This document shows, piece after piece, positions 40,163 to 51,381 of a stretch of DNA of 64,000 nt. A program made the translations under genes and the position numbers. The DNA is from an uncultured Planctomycetota bacterium. Lineage in GTDB: Bacteria > Planctomycetota > Phycisphaerae > Tepidisphaerales > Tepidisphaeraceae. The notes under the pieces were generated by a model that made no database searches, was not told the DNA's origin, and was given only the letters and a program-made list of their open reading frames with translations. Numbering within the stretch: position 1 is the first letter of the stretch; each line of letters begins with the position of its first letter. The stretch lies in the NCBI GenBank assembly GCA_963841915.1, contig CAWJEN010000006.1, forward strand, positions 256,001-320,000, read 5' to 3'.

Positions 40163-43100
40163 ATGCCGTCCGCCGCCGCTTCTGTCGTTGAGGTTCGCTC
40201 GCCCGTCTACGCCGAAGCCCTCGAACGCCGCCTGCTGCTCGCCACCGACGTAGCGATGCAGTCGGCCGCGTTGTCCGGCACCCGCTTCGTCGAGAACCGC
40301 GGGCAGTGGGACGACGAGATCGTCCTCGCCGCCCACGACAGCGGCGGCAAAACGATCCTTTTCACCGACACCGGCCCGGTCTTCCGCCTGACGCAGTACG
40401 CCGAAGCCGAGACTCCGGCCGACGACGATGACGCCTTCGCCCGCTCGTTCGACCCACGAGAGGATCGGCCGCAATTGGAGTTGGAGGCGTGGGACGAGCT
40501 GTCGCTGACCTTCCCCGGCAGCCGGGCGGTAGAGCCCCGCGGCATCAACCGCCTCGAGACGGTCCACAACTACTACCTCGGCAACGACGAGAGCCGCTGG
40601 GCCGAGAACGTCCCGACCTACAGCGGCGTCGTTTACGAGAACCTCTATGACGGCGTCGACCTTTATTTCCATCGTGACCCTGCGACAGAGGTCTTCCACG
40701 GACGCTTTGAAATACACAACGACGCAGGACACGACAAAATTCGCATTCGTCGAGGTACGGAGGAGGTGCCGATTGAGGTGATCGATCCCCGCCAGATAAC
40801 CTTTGTCCCGCTGTCCCCCTCGACATTGGGTCTTGAAGGATCTGCCGCGTACGTCGATCTGGACAAGGACCAATCGAGGCTTCAGCCGATGCAAGCTGGC
40901 GGGACCTCGGCACCAGAACTTGCTTTCGGCAGCTACTTCGGCGGCGGCGGCGGCGACTTTCCCAGCGGCGGCGTTGCCGCCGATGGAAGCGGTGGCGTAT
41001 GGCTTGCGGGATACACGACCTCTGCGAATCTTCCCACACCAGGAGGGTTCGACCCACAAACAAACGGTGGCGACGACGCCTTTGTGGCACGTCTCGACAC
41101 TAGCGGCAGCCTCGTGTACGCAACCTACTTCGGTGGCAGTGGGGACGAAATATCGGAAGCGATCGTCGCCGAGACCGTCGACGGCGTCTGGATTGCTGGA
41201 TATACCTCTTCAACGAACATGCCGGTCGTAGCTGCCCTCGACAGTACTTCGAACGGAGAAATTGACGCCTTTGTAGCTCGAGTGTCAGGCGATGGCTTGC
41301 TCACAACATCAAGCTATTTTGGCGGATCAGAAGATGAACACATAACGGGACTTGCAAGCGATGGGGCAGGAGGCGTATGGGCCACCGGTTTTAGCTTTTC
41401 CGATGACCTGCCCATCACTTCCTTCTCATCGCCGGGCGACCCCGAATCCATCGACGGATTTGTCGCACGAGTGGACGCTGTGGGATCATTGCGTTTTTCT
41501 TCATATTGGGGTGGATTGGAAACGGATGTTGGCATAGCGGCTGCATCAGACGGTTCCGGTGGCGTTTGGATCAAGGGTTTTACGGATACGCCGGGCCTCG
41601 CATCATTGGGAGCGTTCGGTCCTGAAAAAAGTCTCGGGACTGACGGAATTCTTCTGCGATATTCGAGCAGCGGTCAACGTGTATTTTCAACCTATCTCAA
41701 CACGAGAGATAACGTCGGAGGTGACATCGCCCCCGACGGCTTTGGGGGTGTTTGGATCACAGGGACCACCTACGCAGTCGACTTTCCGACGTTGGATGCT
41801 TTTGATAATTCGTTCGCGGGAACCCAGTTTATCGGAGACGCCTACATCTCGCACGTCAGCGCGACTGGCGAGTATCTCTTCGGCAGTTTCTTTGGTGGGA
41901 CGGGGCAAGACTTTGGTAAAGGAATCGTGGCTGATCTGACTGGCGGTGCGTGGTTCGTCGGTTACACCGGATCCTCGGACCTTCATGTGCAAAACGGTTT
42001 TGACTCCACGTACAGCGGATCATCAGACGCATTCATTGGCTACGTCAGCGCCGCTGGAAACCTCACGTTTTCCACATACTTCGGTGGCGGAGCATTCGAC
42101 GCTGCTGTTGATGTCGTGGCAGATGGACGTGAAGGAGCTTGGATTGCGATTGCCACCGGATCGCAAGGATTGCCGACGCCCGGCGGCTTCGACAGCGTAC
42201 GGAGCGGTAGCAGGGATGCATTTATCGCACGTGTCACAGCTGCCGAACTCCCGGCTGAGATCCTCGCCAAAGGCGTGGCTTATTCCGATGGCCCCGTCAA
42301 TTCCGACAATCCCGACGATGGTGACGATGACTATGAGGTTGGCAACGACGTCCTCTTTCCGGGCTTAACGGGTGACTTCAAGGTCTCCCGCCGCTTTGAA
42401 AATCAGATCACTGGCTTGTTCGCTTACGGACTCACTTCGGCCGTCCACGGTCCAGCACTGGTTTACCGCGGCACCGAGGACGCGATCGACTTGTTTGCCG
42501 ATAGCGATCCACGCGGCGTCGGTTACGGGCAATTTGCTGCCGCCTGGCGGGAAGTGAAGAACTGGCTCAACGGGCTGGACGAGCCTGCCGACCTGATCGG
42601 GCACAGCCTCGGCGGTGCCCTCGTGCAGTGGACAGCCGCGGCAGGAACGGCATCGCTTGCCGGCTACCCGGGGTTCGGCGACATCGTCTTCGATCAGGTC
42701 TTCACATTTAACTCGCCCGGCATTAGCGATGGCTCGGGCGGCGCGCCGCTTATTGCCGACGTCGGCGACTTCGACCCGTCCCGCGTCAAAGGCGTCACGC
42801 ACTACGTCGCCTCTGGCGACATCGTCAGTCTTGCCGGGGACGCGTTCATTCCCGGCGACGCCATGATTGCCACGTGGCAGGCATTCGATGGTGCTGGCGA
42901 CATGTTGACACTCGCCGAAGACTGGCACCTGCTGCCGATCACAGAGCCGGAGATCGAAGGCCGCGGGATGCGGCCGGCGGATTTGACACTTTCGCCGATC
43001 AGCGTCGCCGACCTCAGCAGTCCCACGTTCGGCCACCTCGACAACCCCGACTTTGCCGCATTCCTTGCCTCCCTGCAGACGGCGGCGTTGCTCGATCCGC

Positions 43101-45013
43101 TTGTGCCTCCCGCCCTCGCCCTCGGCGTCGACGCGTTGACGACGCGGGAGTCAACGGAGTCGCTGCGTCAGGGGGTGGGGCGGTTGCTCCGACTCCTGAC
43201 CGTATTCCGATACGACGCTCAGCCGGGCGGCCCGATCGAGGTTCGATTCGCGAATGGGTCCGACTTCGAAGCCGGAATCCGGCTGATCCTGTCTCGAGAC
43301 CTGAACGTCTCGAACACGCTGGGATGGCCGCCCTACATGGAGATCACTGGCGGGATGCGGATCGAGTTCGACAACCTCGTAAGCGTCTCACTACCGGGTT
43401 GGCTGCCGAGTGGATTGGGCGGCGCGATGCTGGAGGTCGTCGACCTTGACGGGGCGGCGAGCCTTACGACGTCGGGGTTGCGGTTCAGCGGCGGGGCGTC
43501 GATTCTCGGCGGTGCGTTAGAAGTCGACGGCGATTTCCACGTTGATTTCGCGAACCTCCGACTCAGCTTGGAGGGGGATGCTTCGGTCCTCGGCAACGCT
43601 CTATCCGGTGAGTATGCGGGTTCCTTTGACTCGGGCCTGAACTTCGCATCCTCGGGTAACGTCACACTCGCCTTCCCTGAAGAGGCGCCTTTAGTCGGTG
43701 GGCTGGTCGTTGCGAACGCAGGCAGCCGGATCGAGTTCTCGAACGACGGCGACTGGTCGAATGACTCGGTGGCGGGTTGGGGGCAGTTGGGGCCGATCAA
43801 ATTAGGCCTTGAGGTCTTCTTTGACGGAAGCGTTGACTGGCTGGGCGGCCTCGGTTTCGCCCGTTTTGGGCGAAATACAAGCTATGATAACTCATTCGAT
43901 GTGCCCACCGGCGTCTCCCATGCCCTACTGGCAGCCGAGTGGGCAACGCCTGGTGCAGCGGCATTGAGGGTCACCCGGCCAGACGGAGTGATACTGGACG
44001 AAGCCGACTTTGACGCGCAGTCAGGCGTCGCTCTCTTTGACGAACTGAATACGGGCCGCCGCCGAGCCGTTCTACTGTCGAGTCCGCAGGCAGGCACCTG
44101 GACGATTGAGGCAGTCGGCATTGATCCGGCGGGCTTAACTTACGAAGGCATCCGCATGATCCCGGAGGCAGCCGTTGTGGTAACCGCGGCCGGTGGACGA
44201 CGGCGGGGTCCGGTCACTATCGACGTGACCGTCGCAGACCCATTGGGTGCGGGCACGGTCGCGCTCTACCACGATGACAACGGCACCGGCCTCGACGGCA
44301 CACTAATAGCTGCCGGCCTTGTGCCGTCGGCCGGGGCAGTCCGATACGTCTGGAACCCGCCAACCGGGCCGGCAGGCACGCGGCACATCTACGCCGTCCT
44401 TGACGAGCCGGGCTTGATCCCGGCCAGCGACTACGCGAACGTACCGATCACGATCACGGAGCTGCGACCCGAGGTCATCGCGAGCGACTTCGAGTTCGAG
44501 TTCCGCCAGCGGGCGACGCTCGACTTCTCGCAGGACGTCGGTGCGAGCCTGACGGCAAACAGCGTGTCGATCGTCAACCTCGACACGTCCACGACGCTGC
44601 CGACGACGAGCTACGCCTTCAGCTACGATCCGTTGCTGAATCGTGTCGCACTTGGCTTCGAAGGTGGAACTCTGGCGAACGGAAACTACCGCGTGACGAT
44701 CGACGCCGACGATGTCGTCAACTCATCCGGTGAAGCAATGGCCGCCGACGCGACGCTCGACTTCTTCGTCCTGGCTGGCGATGCCAATCGCGACGGCAGT
44801 GTGTCGATCCTCGACTTCGCCATCCTTCGCGGGAACTTTGGCCGGAGCGACTCGCCGTTGTTCTCCGAGGGCGACTTCAACTACGACGGCAGCGTGTCGA
44901 TCCTCGACTTCGCGATCCTTCGCGGCAACTTCGGGGCCAGCGTGCCGGCGGCGTCGCCAGTAGCAGCGTCGCTGTTCGCCAGCGGCGAGGAGGAAGAGGT
45001 GTTGCTGAGCTGA
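40163..45013 (+). CDS. Large extracellular protein: SBBP-type beta-propeller repeats, class-3-lipase-like domain, Ig-like domain and dockerin-like tail
   Basis: EALERRLLL; FVENRGQW; repeated S/TYFGG...G.T.S...DAFVAR; YRGT...GHSLGG...TFNSPG; GDANRDG...GDFNYDG. Confidence 0.88.
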   Translation: MPSAAASVVEVRSPVYAEALERRLLLATDVAMQSAALSGTRFVENRGQWDDEIVLAAHDSGGKTILFTDTGPVFRLTQYAEAETPADDDDAFARSFDPREDRPQLELEAWDELSLTFPGSRAVEPRGINRLETVHNYYLGNDESRWAENVPTYSGVVYENLYDGVDLYFHRDPATEVFHGRFEIHNDAGHDKIRIRRGTEEVPIEVIDPRQITFVPLSPSTLGLEGSAAYVDLDKDQSRLQPMQAGGTSAPELAFGSYFGGGGGDFPSGGVAADGSGGVWLAGYTTSANLPTPGGFDPQTNGGDDAFVARLDTSGSLVYATYFGGSGDEISEAIVAETVDGVWIAGYTSSTNMPVVAALDSTSNGEIDAFVARVSGDGLLTTSSYFGGSEDEHITGLASDGAGGVWATGFSFSDDLPITSFSSPGDPESIDGFVARVDAVGSLRFSSYWGGLETDVGIAAASDGSGGVWIKGFTDTPGLASLGAFGPEKSLGTDGILLRYSSSGQRVFSTYLNTRDNVGGDIAPDGFGGVWITGTTYAVDFPTLDAFDNSFAGTQFIGDAYISHVSATGEYLFGSFFGGTGQDFGKGIVADLTGGAWFVGYTGSSDLHVQNGFDSTYSGSSDAFIGYVSAAGNLTFSTYFGGGAFDAAVDVVADGREGAWIAIATGSQGLPTPGGFDSVRSGSRDAFIARVTAAELPAEILAKGVAYSDGPVNSDNPDDGDDDYEVGNDVLFPGLTGDFKVSRRFENQITGLFAYGLTSAVHGPALVYRGTEDAIDLFADSDPRGVGYGQFAAAWREVKNWLNGLDEPADLIGHSLGGALVQWTAAAGTASLAGYPGFGDIVFDQVFTFNSPGISDGSGGAPLIADVGDFDPSRVKGVTHYVASGDIVSLAGDAFIPGDAMIATWQAFDGAGDMLTLAEDWHLLPITEPEIEGRGMRPADLTLSPISVADLSSPTFGHLDNPDFAAFLASLQTAALLDPLVPPALALGVDALTTRESTESLRQGVGRLLRLLTVFRYDAQPGGPIEVRFANGSDFEAGIRLILSRDLNVSNTLGWPPYMEITGGMRIEFDNLVSVSLPGWLPSGLGGAMLEVVDLDGAASLTTSGLRFSGGASILGGALEVDGDFHVDFANLRLSLEGDASVLGNALSGEYAGSFDSGLNFASSGNVTLAFPEEAPLVGGLVVANAGSRIEFSNDGDWSNDSVAGWGQLGPIKLGLEVFFDGSVDWLGGLGFARFGRNTSYDNSFDVPTGVSHALLAAEWATPGAAALRVTRPDGVILDEADFDAQSGVALFDELNTGRRRAVLLSSPQAGTWTIEAVGIDPAGLTYEGIRMIPEAAVVVTAAGGRRRGPVTIDVTVADPLGAGTVALYHDDNGTGLDGTLIAAGLVPSAGAVRYVWNPPTGPAGTRHIYAVLDEPGLIPASDYANVPITITELRPEVIASDFEFEFRQRATLDFSQDVGASLTANSVSIVNLDTSTTLPTTSYAFSYDPLLNRVALGFEGGTLANGNYRVTIDADDVVNSSGEAMAADATLDFFVLAGDANRDGSVSILDFAILRGNFGRSDSPLFSEGDFNYDGSVSILDFAILRGNFGASVPAASPVAASLFASGEEEEVLLS

Positions 45014-45735
45014 CGGGAGATTCTCTCTGTTGCACCCGACGGCTGCGATGAGAGTTCTCTGCTCAAGCCGACGCCCGGTGCGGCCGGTCGGCTGTCCCAT
45101 TTAATGCGACGGCGGGCCGGATGACGCTCGCTCCCACTGCCGTGATGTATGGAAGGGTGTCCTGAAGCTCTCTTGCAGGATGCAACTTCCTTGCCGGTTC
45201 CTCCTTCGCCCTCCTGTCGATGCAAGGCGGTCTGAGCGGCACCGTGTCGAGGCCGGCCTGGCAGAAGCAACGCGTGACTTCCAACGGGTCAAAAGCAATG
45301 ACGGCCGAATGAGGCTTCTCGGCAGCACCACAGCGTTTGCATCGGCCCGCCCAACTTTGACGCTTTCAGAATTCGTGTACTGGACCTCTTGAACGACAAG
45401 CTGCTGGTCTCGCGGTTGGCAACGAAAATCAGGTCGCCCTTGGCAGCACAATGTCTAGGTTCACGACCGCTCATCACCGCGGAGGGTGGTACGCCGGGGG
45501 GTTGGGCGGGCAACCGCTGCTCCACTTGCTGTAAGGCGAGTGGCTCAACCCGCACCGCGGTCGGGGAACCCCGCGACCATCGCCAGCACGCCGCGGCGTA
45601 GCTCCTTTGGTAGCCGCGGCCACGCATCGACTACCCGCCGCAAGTCGGCATCCCGAATGTCGGGACTACAGGGGGCACAACACGCAGACGCTTCGCAAGC
45701 CGATTCCGGTGAATGGCTTGCATCGTCCGCCAGAA

Positions 45736-45780
45736 GACTCTTAATCAGCGGGTTCCAGGTTCAAGTCCTGGTCGGGGCAT
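45736..45780 (+). repeat. attR: duplicate of the tRNA-Lys 3' half
   Basis: GACTCTTAATCAGCGGGTTCCAGGTTCAAGTCCTGGTCGGGGCAT, identical to 32296-32340. Confidence 0.95.
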
Positions 45781-45820
45781 GCGAAAGTTTGGCACAATTG
45801 GCGTTAGGATCTAGGCCGCC

Positions 45821-48346
45821 TTACGGGCGATCGTTCGTTTGGCGGGTCTCTAAGGCGGCCAGTCGTTCTTCGGCCCGGCGATTAGGGCCGCCGGTGAGCA
45901 GGACACGAAGCTGCGTCATCGCCTCGGCCTCGTCGCCTGCGTCTTCGAGCAAGCTCGCGAGGCTCAGTCGCCACGTCGCGTTGCCGGGGCGACGGTCAAG
46001 CGCACGGCGGTACAGATCGATCGCTACGGCGGTGTTACCAACGCTTGCTTCGTGTTGAGCCAGGTCGCCTAACGCATTGGCGTCACCCGCGTCGGCATCG
46101 CTACGGAGCAGGGATAGCTGTTTCGCCTGCACACGAGCGACACGATCCGGGGCCAGACCCTCTGCATATCGACCCGCAAGGTCACGCCACGCTCGGCGGT
46201 CGAGGCCGGCCGCCTGCTCGGCGGCATCCAATGCTTGCACGCCCAACAAGAAGTCGATCGCCCGGCTTCGCCCAAGACCTTGCGATTGAGCAACAGCGAC
46301 GGCGTCGACAGCGATGTCCGTCTCTCCAGACGACCAGGCCAATGCCGCCATCGCCATGGCAACAAGCGGCTCGTCGGCAGCGTGCTCGTACGCCCGACGG
46401 AGAAGCTCGTACGCCAACGCTTCGTCGCCACCCGACTGCAACGCGATCATTGCCGACGCCGCGGCAAGGCGACCATCCGCCGGGGCAAGCCGCATCGCCT
46501 CATCAAGATCGGCCGCGATCCGTCGGCCGATGACCTGCAACGCCGCCCGCTCGTCGGGCGTCGCCTCGGGCAGTTGCAACCGCACTGCCCGCCACCGCAG
46601 GTCGGCCAGCTCGTAGTGCAGCCTCGCATCGTGTCGCCACAGCGCAATCGCCTCCTCATAAGCGCGAATCGCAACGGACAGGTTCTGCGGCGTCGCTTGC
46701 CAACTGGGCCCGAGCCTGTCACCGGCATCGGCCAATACGCGTTCGGCGGCCGCCTCGTTTCTGGCGTCGGTGAATGACACCACAGAGCCGACGAGCAACG
46801 CGACCATGAGCGCCGCCACCCCGACCTTCGCCGGCCGACCGTCCGCCACGCGGCCGTCCCACGCGATCGCGATGCCGAATAGCGTCGCCGTTCCTACCGC
46901 CACTGCGGGCAGATATTGGCCGTAGTCGGTCATCGACGCGACGAAAAGCGCGACCAGCCCCGCCGCCGCACCCGGAACGGCAAAGGCGGCGCGATTGTCC
47001 TTGGCCGCGACGGCCCGCACCGATTGCCGCACCGCCACCGCGACGAAGGCCACGCAGAGGAGCGTCCCAAGAACGCCGGTTTCGTAGACAAGTTGCACGA
47101 ACGCGTTTTCGGCGTGCGTGGCCGTGCCGCCGATGACGTCGCGGGATCGAAAGGCGGCGTAGGTGTCGCCGAACGTGCCGAGGCCGGTGCCCAGCAGCGG
47201 AAAGTCGCCCACGACGGTCATGGCGTCTCGCCATAACAGCCAGCGGATGCCGACAGCTTTAGTGACCTCATCAGTGCCCGAAAGCGTTTCGAGCCGGTCG
47301 ACGACGTCGTCACCGCCGAAGGCGAGCAGGCCGAAGAGCGAGCCGACGATGGCCACCGCGACGGCGACAAAGACGAGCCGGTCGTGACGACTGCCACTCG
47401 CGCTTGATCGGCCGCGGCGCTTGAGGCGATAGAGCATGGCAAAGGTGACGAAGCCGATCACCATCGCCATCGTGCCGCCGCGGGTCAGGCTCAGCGGGAT
47501 CGACATGGCCACGACCGCCACGCCCATCGTCAACGGCACGAGCCACCGGTACCGCAATGCGATGTCGCGTCGGCTGCTGGCGATCGAGAGCATGACGGCC
47601 AAGCCCGCACCGATAGCGACATTGCCGAGCTGGCCGTAGTGGCTGTGGTTGACGAGTGGGCCGCTTGCTTCAGAGGTCGAATTGCCCTTGCGCTGGAGCC
47701 AGCCTCGAAGCGTCGGCAGATGTTCTGGATGCTGGGCAACCTGCCAAACCACTACAATTGCCGCCGCGACACCGACGATCGCAATGCCCGTCAACAGCCA
47801 CCGAGCCCGCCTCGCGTTGCCGGCAATCTGCGTAACGGCCACAAAGCAGCAGACGACGGCCAGCAGCAACCGCAGATGCCGCTGCGTCGCGATCGGGCTC
47901 AGGCTCAGCGGCCCTGCCCCGTCGGTGCCGAGCGCGTCGCCGCGAATCGTGGCCGTGTGCGGCGAGACGATGCCCAGCACCCACGCCGGTACCGACGCGA
48001 GGTGCGCCAGCGACAGCAGCACGAACAGCGCCACCGGCACGTACGCCACCGTGACCCGTGGCCCGCCGTGGACGAATCGGCCGACGACTGCCACGACCGC
48101 CGCCGCCGCGGTCAGGGCGATCAGCCACGTTTGGGCCCAAGGCTCGGCAGCACCGGCGGTAAACGTCGCCCACCCGAATGCTGCCACGACGAGTGCAACG
48201 GCCACGTACCCCAACCACCGGCCGACCCGCTGCTCCCGTGAGTCGACCAGACGCGGCAGGCTCGCCCGCACCCTCGGCCGCCTAGGCAAGGCGGCCGAGA
48301 CGCGCGTCAATCCCGAACCGTCAACATTTAACAACGGCTCACGCAT
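45821..48346 (-). CDS. O-antigen ligase family protein with C-terminal TPRs
   Basis: GPLVNHSH, SLTRGG, R...W, PLLGTGLGTF and HAEN..VQ...E.G motifs. Confidence 0.88.
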   Translation of the reverse strand: MREPLLNVDGSGLTRVSAALPRRPRVRASLPRLVDSREQRVGRWLGYVAVALVVAAFGWATFTAGAAEPWAQTWLIALTAAAAVVAVVGRFVHGGPRVTVAYVPVALFVLLSLAHLASVPAWVLGIVSPHTATIRGDALGTDGAGPLSLSPIATQRHLRLLLAVVCCFVAVTQIAGNARRARWLLTGIAIVGVAAAIVVVWQVAQHPEHLPTLRGWLQRKGNSTSEASGPLVNHSHYGQLGNVAIGAGLAVMLSIASSRRDIALRYRWLVPLTMGVAVVAMSIPLSLTRGGTMAMVIGFVTFAMLYRLKRRGRSSASGSRHDRLVFVAVAVAIVGSLFGLLAFGGDDVVDRLETLSGTDEVTKAVGIRWLLWRDAMTVVGDFPLLGTGLGTFGDTYAAFRSRDVIGGTATHAENAFVQLVYETGVLGTLLCVAFVAVAVRQSVRAVAAKDNRAAFAVPGAAAGLVALFVASMTDYGQYLPAVAVGTATLFGIAIAWDGRVADGRPAKVGVAALMVALLVGSVVSFTDARNEAAAERVLADAGDRLGPSWQATPQNLSVAIRAYEEAIALWRHDARLHYELADLRWRAVRLQLPEATPDERAALQVIGRRIAADLDEAMRLAPADGRLAAASAMIALQSGGDEALAYELLRRAYEHAADEPLVAMAMAALAWSSGETDIAVDAVAVAQSQGLGRSRAIDFLLGVQALDAAEQAAGLDRRAWRDLAGRYAEGLAPDRVARVQAKQLSLLRSDADAGDANALGDLAQHEASVGNTAVAIDLYRRALDRRPGNATWRLSLASLLEDAGDEAEAMTQLRVLLTGGPNRRAEERLAALETRQTNDRP

Positions 48347-48381
48347 GCGCGGGCACTCTACCCGAGTCGGCTCACCGCGTG

Positions 48382-50736
48382 TCACTCGCCCCGACCGTGA
48401 CCGTTGACACCCTCGGCAGGCAGCGCTTGCTGGGCCGGCTCGCCGTAGCCGTACCCGTAGTGGCCGTACCCGTAGCCGTAGTTCTCGTAGCCGAAGCGGT
48501 TCCTCTTGATCTTCACATCGTTGGCGACAAAACCGACGAGGTCGGCGTTCGTGCGAACAAGCCCGTCGCGGGCGACCGTCGCCGCCTTGCGACTCGTCAC
48601 GCCCGCACGCACGACAAGCACTGTTGCGTCGACCATCGAGCCCAGCACCCGCGCGTCCGTCACTGGCAGCACGGGTGGCGAGTCGATCACCACGCGGTCG
48701 TACTCGCTCGACACGGTGTGCAACAGGTCGGCAAACGCTTCGCTGTTGAGCATCTCCGACGGATCCTGCGGAAGCGGGCCACAAGGCAGCACGTCGAGGT
48801 TGACCAGCTTCGTCGACTGGATTGTCTCCTGGAGTGTCGTCTTGCCGCTGAGAACGCTTGTCAGCCCGACGGGGCCGCCGCCATGTTCATGGTCACCGGC
48901 AAAGCTCTCGGGGAGCAGGTAGCGGTGCAGTCGCGGCTTGCGGCAGTCGGCGTCGATGATGAGCGTCCGCCGATCAAGGCGTGCAAACGCCGTCGCCAGG
49001 TTTGCCGCCAGCGTCGTTTTGCCGTCACCCGACAGCGGGCTTGTGATGAGAATCGACCGCGCTTGTTCGGCATCGAGTTCGCCTTCGGCCTCGCGGTCGA
49101 AGACGCGTTGCTGCAGCAGTGCCAGCAGCGTCGTCCGCAGGCTGCGATAGGCCTCCGACGGCTCGCTGCGTGGCTGGTCGATCATCTGCCGGGCCCGCTC
49201 GGCCGGTGTTTCGCTGTCGCCGAACTTGGGCACGAGGCCCAGCACGGGCAGCCCCAGCACGCGTTCGATGTCATCGATCGTGCGCATCCGCGGGTCAAGC
49301 CATTCCTGCAGGAACGCCAGCCCGAAGCCGCCCATCATGCCCAGCACAAGCCCCATGCCCAGCAGCTGCGCCGCCTTGGGCGCGACCTGCACGCCGGGTC
49401 CGGGCAGTTGCACGTCCTCGGGCTCGGCAGCGCCGCTGCGGTCGGCGACCTCGATCTCGCTGACCCGCTGAGAAATCTGACGCAGCCAGTCCTCGACGAA
49501 TTCGATGTCGCGTCGAACCTTTTCCTCATCTGCGGCCCGCGCATTGACGGCCAGCAGGTCCTCGCGACGGTCGGCGTAAAGCTTCGACAGTTCCGCCGCT
49601 CGCGATTCGGCGATGGCCAGGCGACTGGTCAATATCCCGAAGCGACTCTTCAGGTCCTGCTCTTCGAGTGCATCAACCTCAGACTCGAGATCGTTGATCT
49701 TCTGCCGCAACGTCAACACGCGGCTGTTGTTGGCACCGCTCGTGTATTCCAGGTCGCGCAGCTGATCGCGCAACAGCGCCACCTCGGCGCGACGCCTCGC
49801 CGCTGCGCCGCCTTCTTCAAGCGTCGGCAGCAACTGCGCCAGCTGCGCCGGATCGTCCGTCGCCGCCTCTGCCTGGGCGAGTGTCAGGCGAAGGTCCGAC
49901 GCCTCTCGCTGGGCCGTCAGCAGGTCCGTGCTGAGCTTGCCCAGCTCCATCGCCTCGATGCTCGTCCGGCGACCGTCGCGGACGTCGATCTCGCCGAGTT
50001 CTCTGGACAGGTTCGACCGCAGAGCCCACAGCTCGTCACGATCGGTCTCGGCACGGTTCTTCTCCGACCGCAACTGCTGCAACAGGTTGGCGGCGTCGGA
50101 CGTGAAGTCGTCCTTCGTGTAGTCGATGTAAGCCGTCCGGACGGCGTCGACGATCTTCTGGGCATCGAGTGGCTGGGCGGCCTCGGCACGGATCACGAGG
50201 AAATTCGTCGGCTCCGTCACGACCACGCTCACAGCCTCAGCGAGTGAGCCGACGACGCTTTCCGAGCCCTCGAAGCTCTGCAGCTCGCTGATCCCTGGCC
50301 GGGCAGCGGCACGGCTCAGGATGATGCCGCTGTCGATGATCGCCGCCTGCTGAGCCAGGAAGTTGGTCCCACCGCCGCCGAGCCCCGTCTCACCCATCGC
50401 GGTGCTGGTGTTCGACCGCACGTTCATGATGGCCGAACTGGCATAAACGGGCGGCGTGTTGCGGAAGACGCCGTACCCACCGGCCAGCCCCAGGATCGTC
50501 AGGATGATGATCGTCCACTTGCGTCGCCACAGAACCTTGGCGATGTCGATTTGCGGCCCCTCGTCGTCGCCTCCACCCGGCTGATAGGCCGACTGCTGAT
50601 AACCGGCGTAGGGATCGTTGACAGGGACGATGCGCCCGCCCGGTCGTCGGCCGGAGCGCGTGACGAGGCTGCCCGCGTCGTCGCGGCCTGGAAGAACGTC
50701 GATGCCGTTGTCGTAACTCGTGCCGTTGGCAGCCAT
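48382..50736 (-). CDS. wzc: Polysaccharide biosynthesis tyrosine autokinase (Wzc-like)
   Basis: Wzz-like N-terminus; EAYRSLRT, Walker A GDGKTT, DADCRKP and IDSPP; C-terminal Tyr cluster YGYGYGHYGYGY. Confidence 0.93.
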   Translation of the reverse strand: MAANGTSYDNGIDVLPGRDDAGSLVTRSGRRPGGRIVPVNDPYAGYQQSAYQPGGGDDEGPQIDIAKVLWRRKWTIIILTILGLAGGYGVFRNTPPVYASSAIMNVRSNTSTAMGETGLGGGGTNFLAQQAAIIDSGIILSRAAARPGISELQSFEGSESVVGSLAEAVSVVVTEPTNFLVIRAEAAQPLDAQKIVDAVRTAYIDYTKDDFTSDAANLLQQLRSEKNRAETDRDELWALRSNLSRELGEIDVRDGRRTSIEAMELGKLSTDLLTAQREASDLRLTLAQAEAATDDPAQLAQLLPTLEEGGAAARRRAEVALLRDQLRDLEYTSGANNSRVLTLRQKINDLESEVDALEEQDLKSRFGILTSRLAIAESRAAELSKLYADRREDLLAVNARAADEEKVRRDIEFVEDWLRQISQRVSEIEVADRSGAAEPEDVQLPGPGVQVAPKAAQLLGMGLVLGMMGGFGLAFLQEWLDPRMRTIDDIERVLGLPVLGLVPKFGDSETPAERARQMIDQPRSEPSEAYRSLRTTLLALLQQRVFDREAEGELDAEQARSILITSPLSGDGKTTLAANLATAFARLDRRTLIIDADCRKPRLHRYLLPESFAGDHEHGGGPVGLTSVLSGKTTLQETIQSTKLVNLDVLPCGPLPQDPSEMLNSEAFADLLHTVSSEYDRVVIDSPPVLPVTDARVLGSMVDATVLVVRAGVTSRKAATVARDGLVRTNADLVGFVANDVKIKRNRFGYENYGYGYGHYGYGYGEPAQQALPAEGVNGHGRGE

Positions 50737-50927
50737 GCGTGTTCCTTGTTCCCCCTGCACCCTTCTCTGCTCCCTATACGACGATGCGGGCTCGCGGTTG
50801 CCAGTGGCAGCCACGAGACCCGGATCGGGCCAGGAATCTACACGATTCGAAGCGGTCGGTCACACAGATTGACGCCGTTGGGCACTCAAACGTACCGGCG
50901 CGCCCTTATCGGCCGCCGATCGCCCTT

Positions 50928-51241
50928 CTATCGCCGCTCAACAGGTCCGCGAAGTCGCGGCCGCATCGGACCCAGCGGGTGCTTTGAGTAAGGCGGCAGA
51001 CCGTCCAGCCCGCCGATCGCGTCGAGGCGGTCGAGCATCTCCTGCGTCTGCGACGACGGCTGGCGAAGCGCCTGCCCATAAGCCGACGCCGGGACGTCCC
51101 GCAACAGATACGGGTCAAATACCCTCGCCTCACCGGGCAGCGGTTCGGGCGCGTCGGGCTCGGGGTACTGCGCTCGCGCAGCCACGGGACGAGACAGACG
51201 AGCAGGCCGACCGCAATGTAGAGCCTGCTGCGACGCCGCAT
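50928..51241 (-). pseudogene. Small secreted hypothetical protein, possible frameshift near 51185
   Basis: Signal-like MRRRSRLYIAVGLLVCLV in one frame and ARAQYPEP... in another. Confidence 0.35.
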
Positions 51242-51381
51242 GGTGAGCGATGGTAGAGGCCGGCGTCGCGGTGAGGCATCACGCAACGTTGCCGCCGGGC
51301 ATCGACCGGCACCGTCGGCCGCGACATGATCGCGTCCTGGGCTGTAAGCGCGACCTACGGCACGTTTGCCCGTGTCGGTTC

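Noticed and set aside
44780..44935. Near-identical internal duplication (GACGGCAGYGTGTCGATCCTCGACTTCGC) suggesting a DGR template/variable repeat
   Set aside because: These are the two halves of the dockerin-like domain; no adenine-specific variation and no reverse transcriptase.
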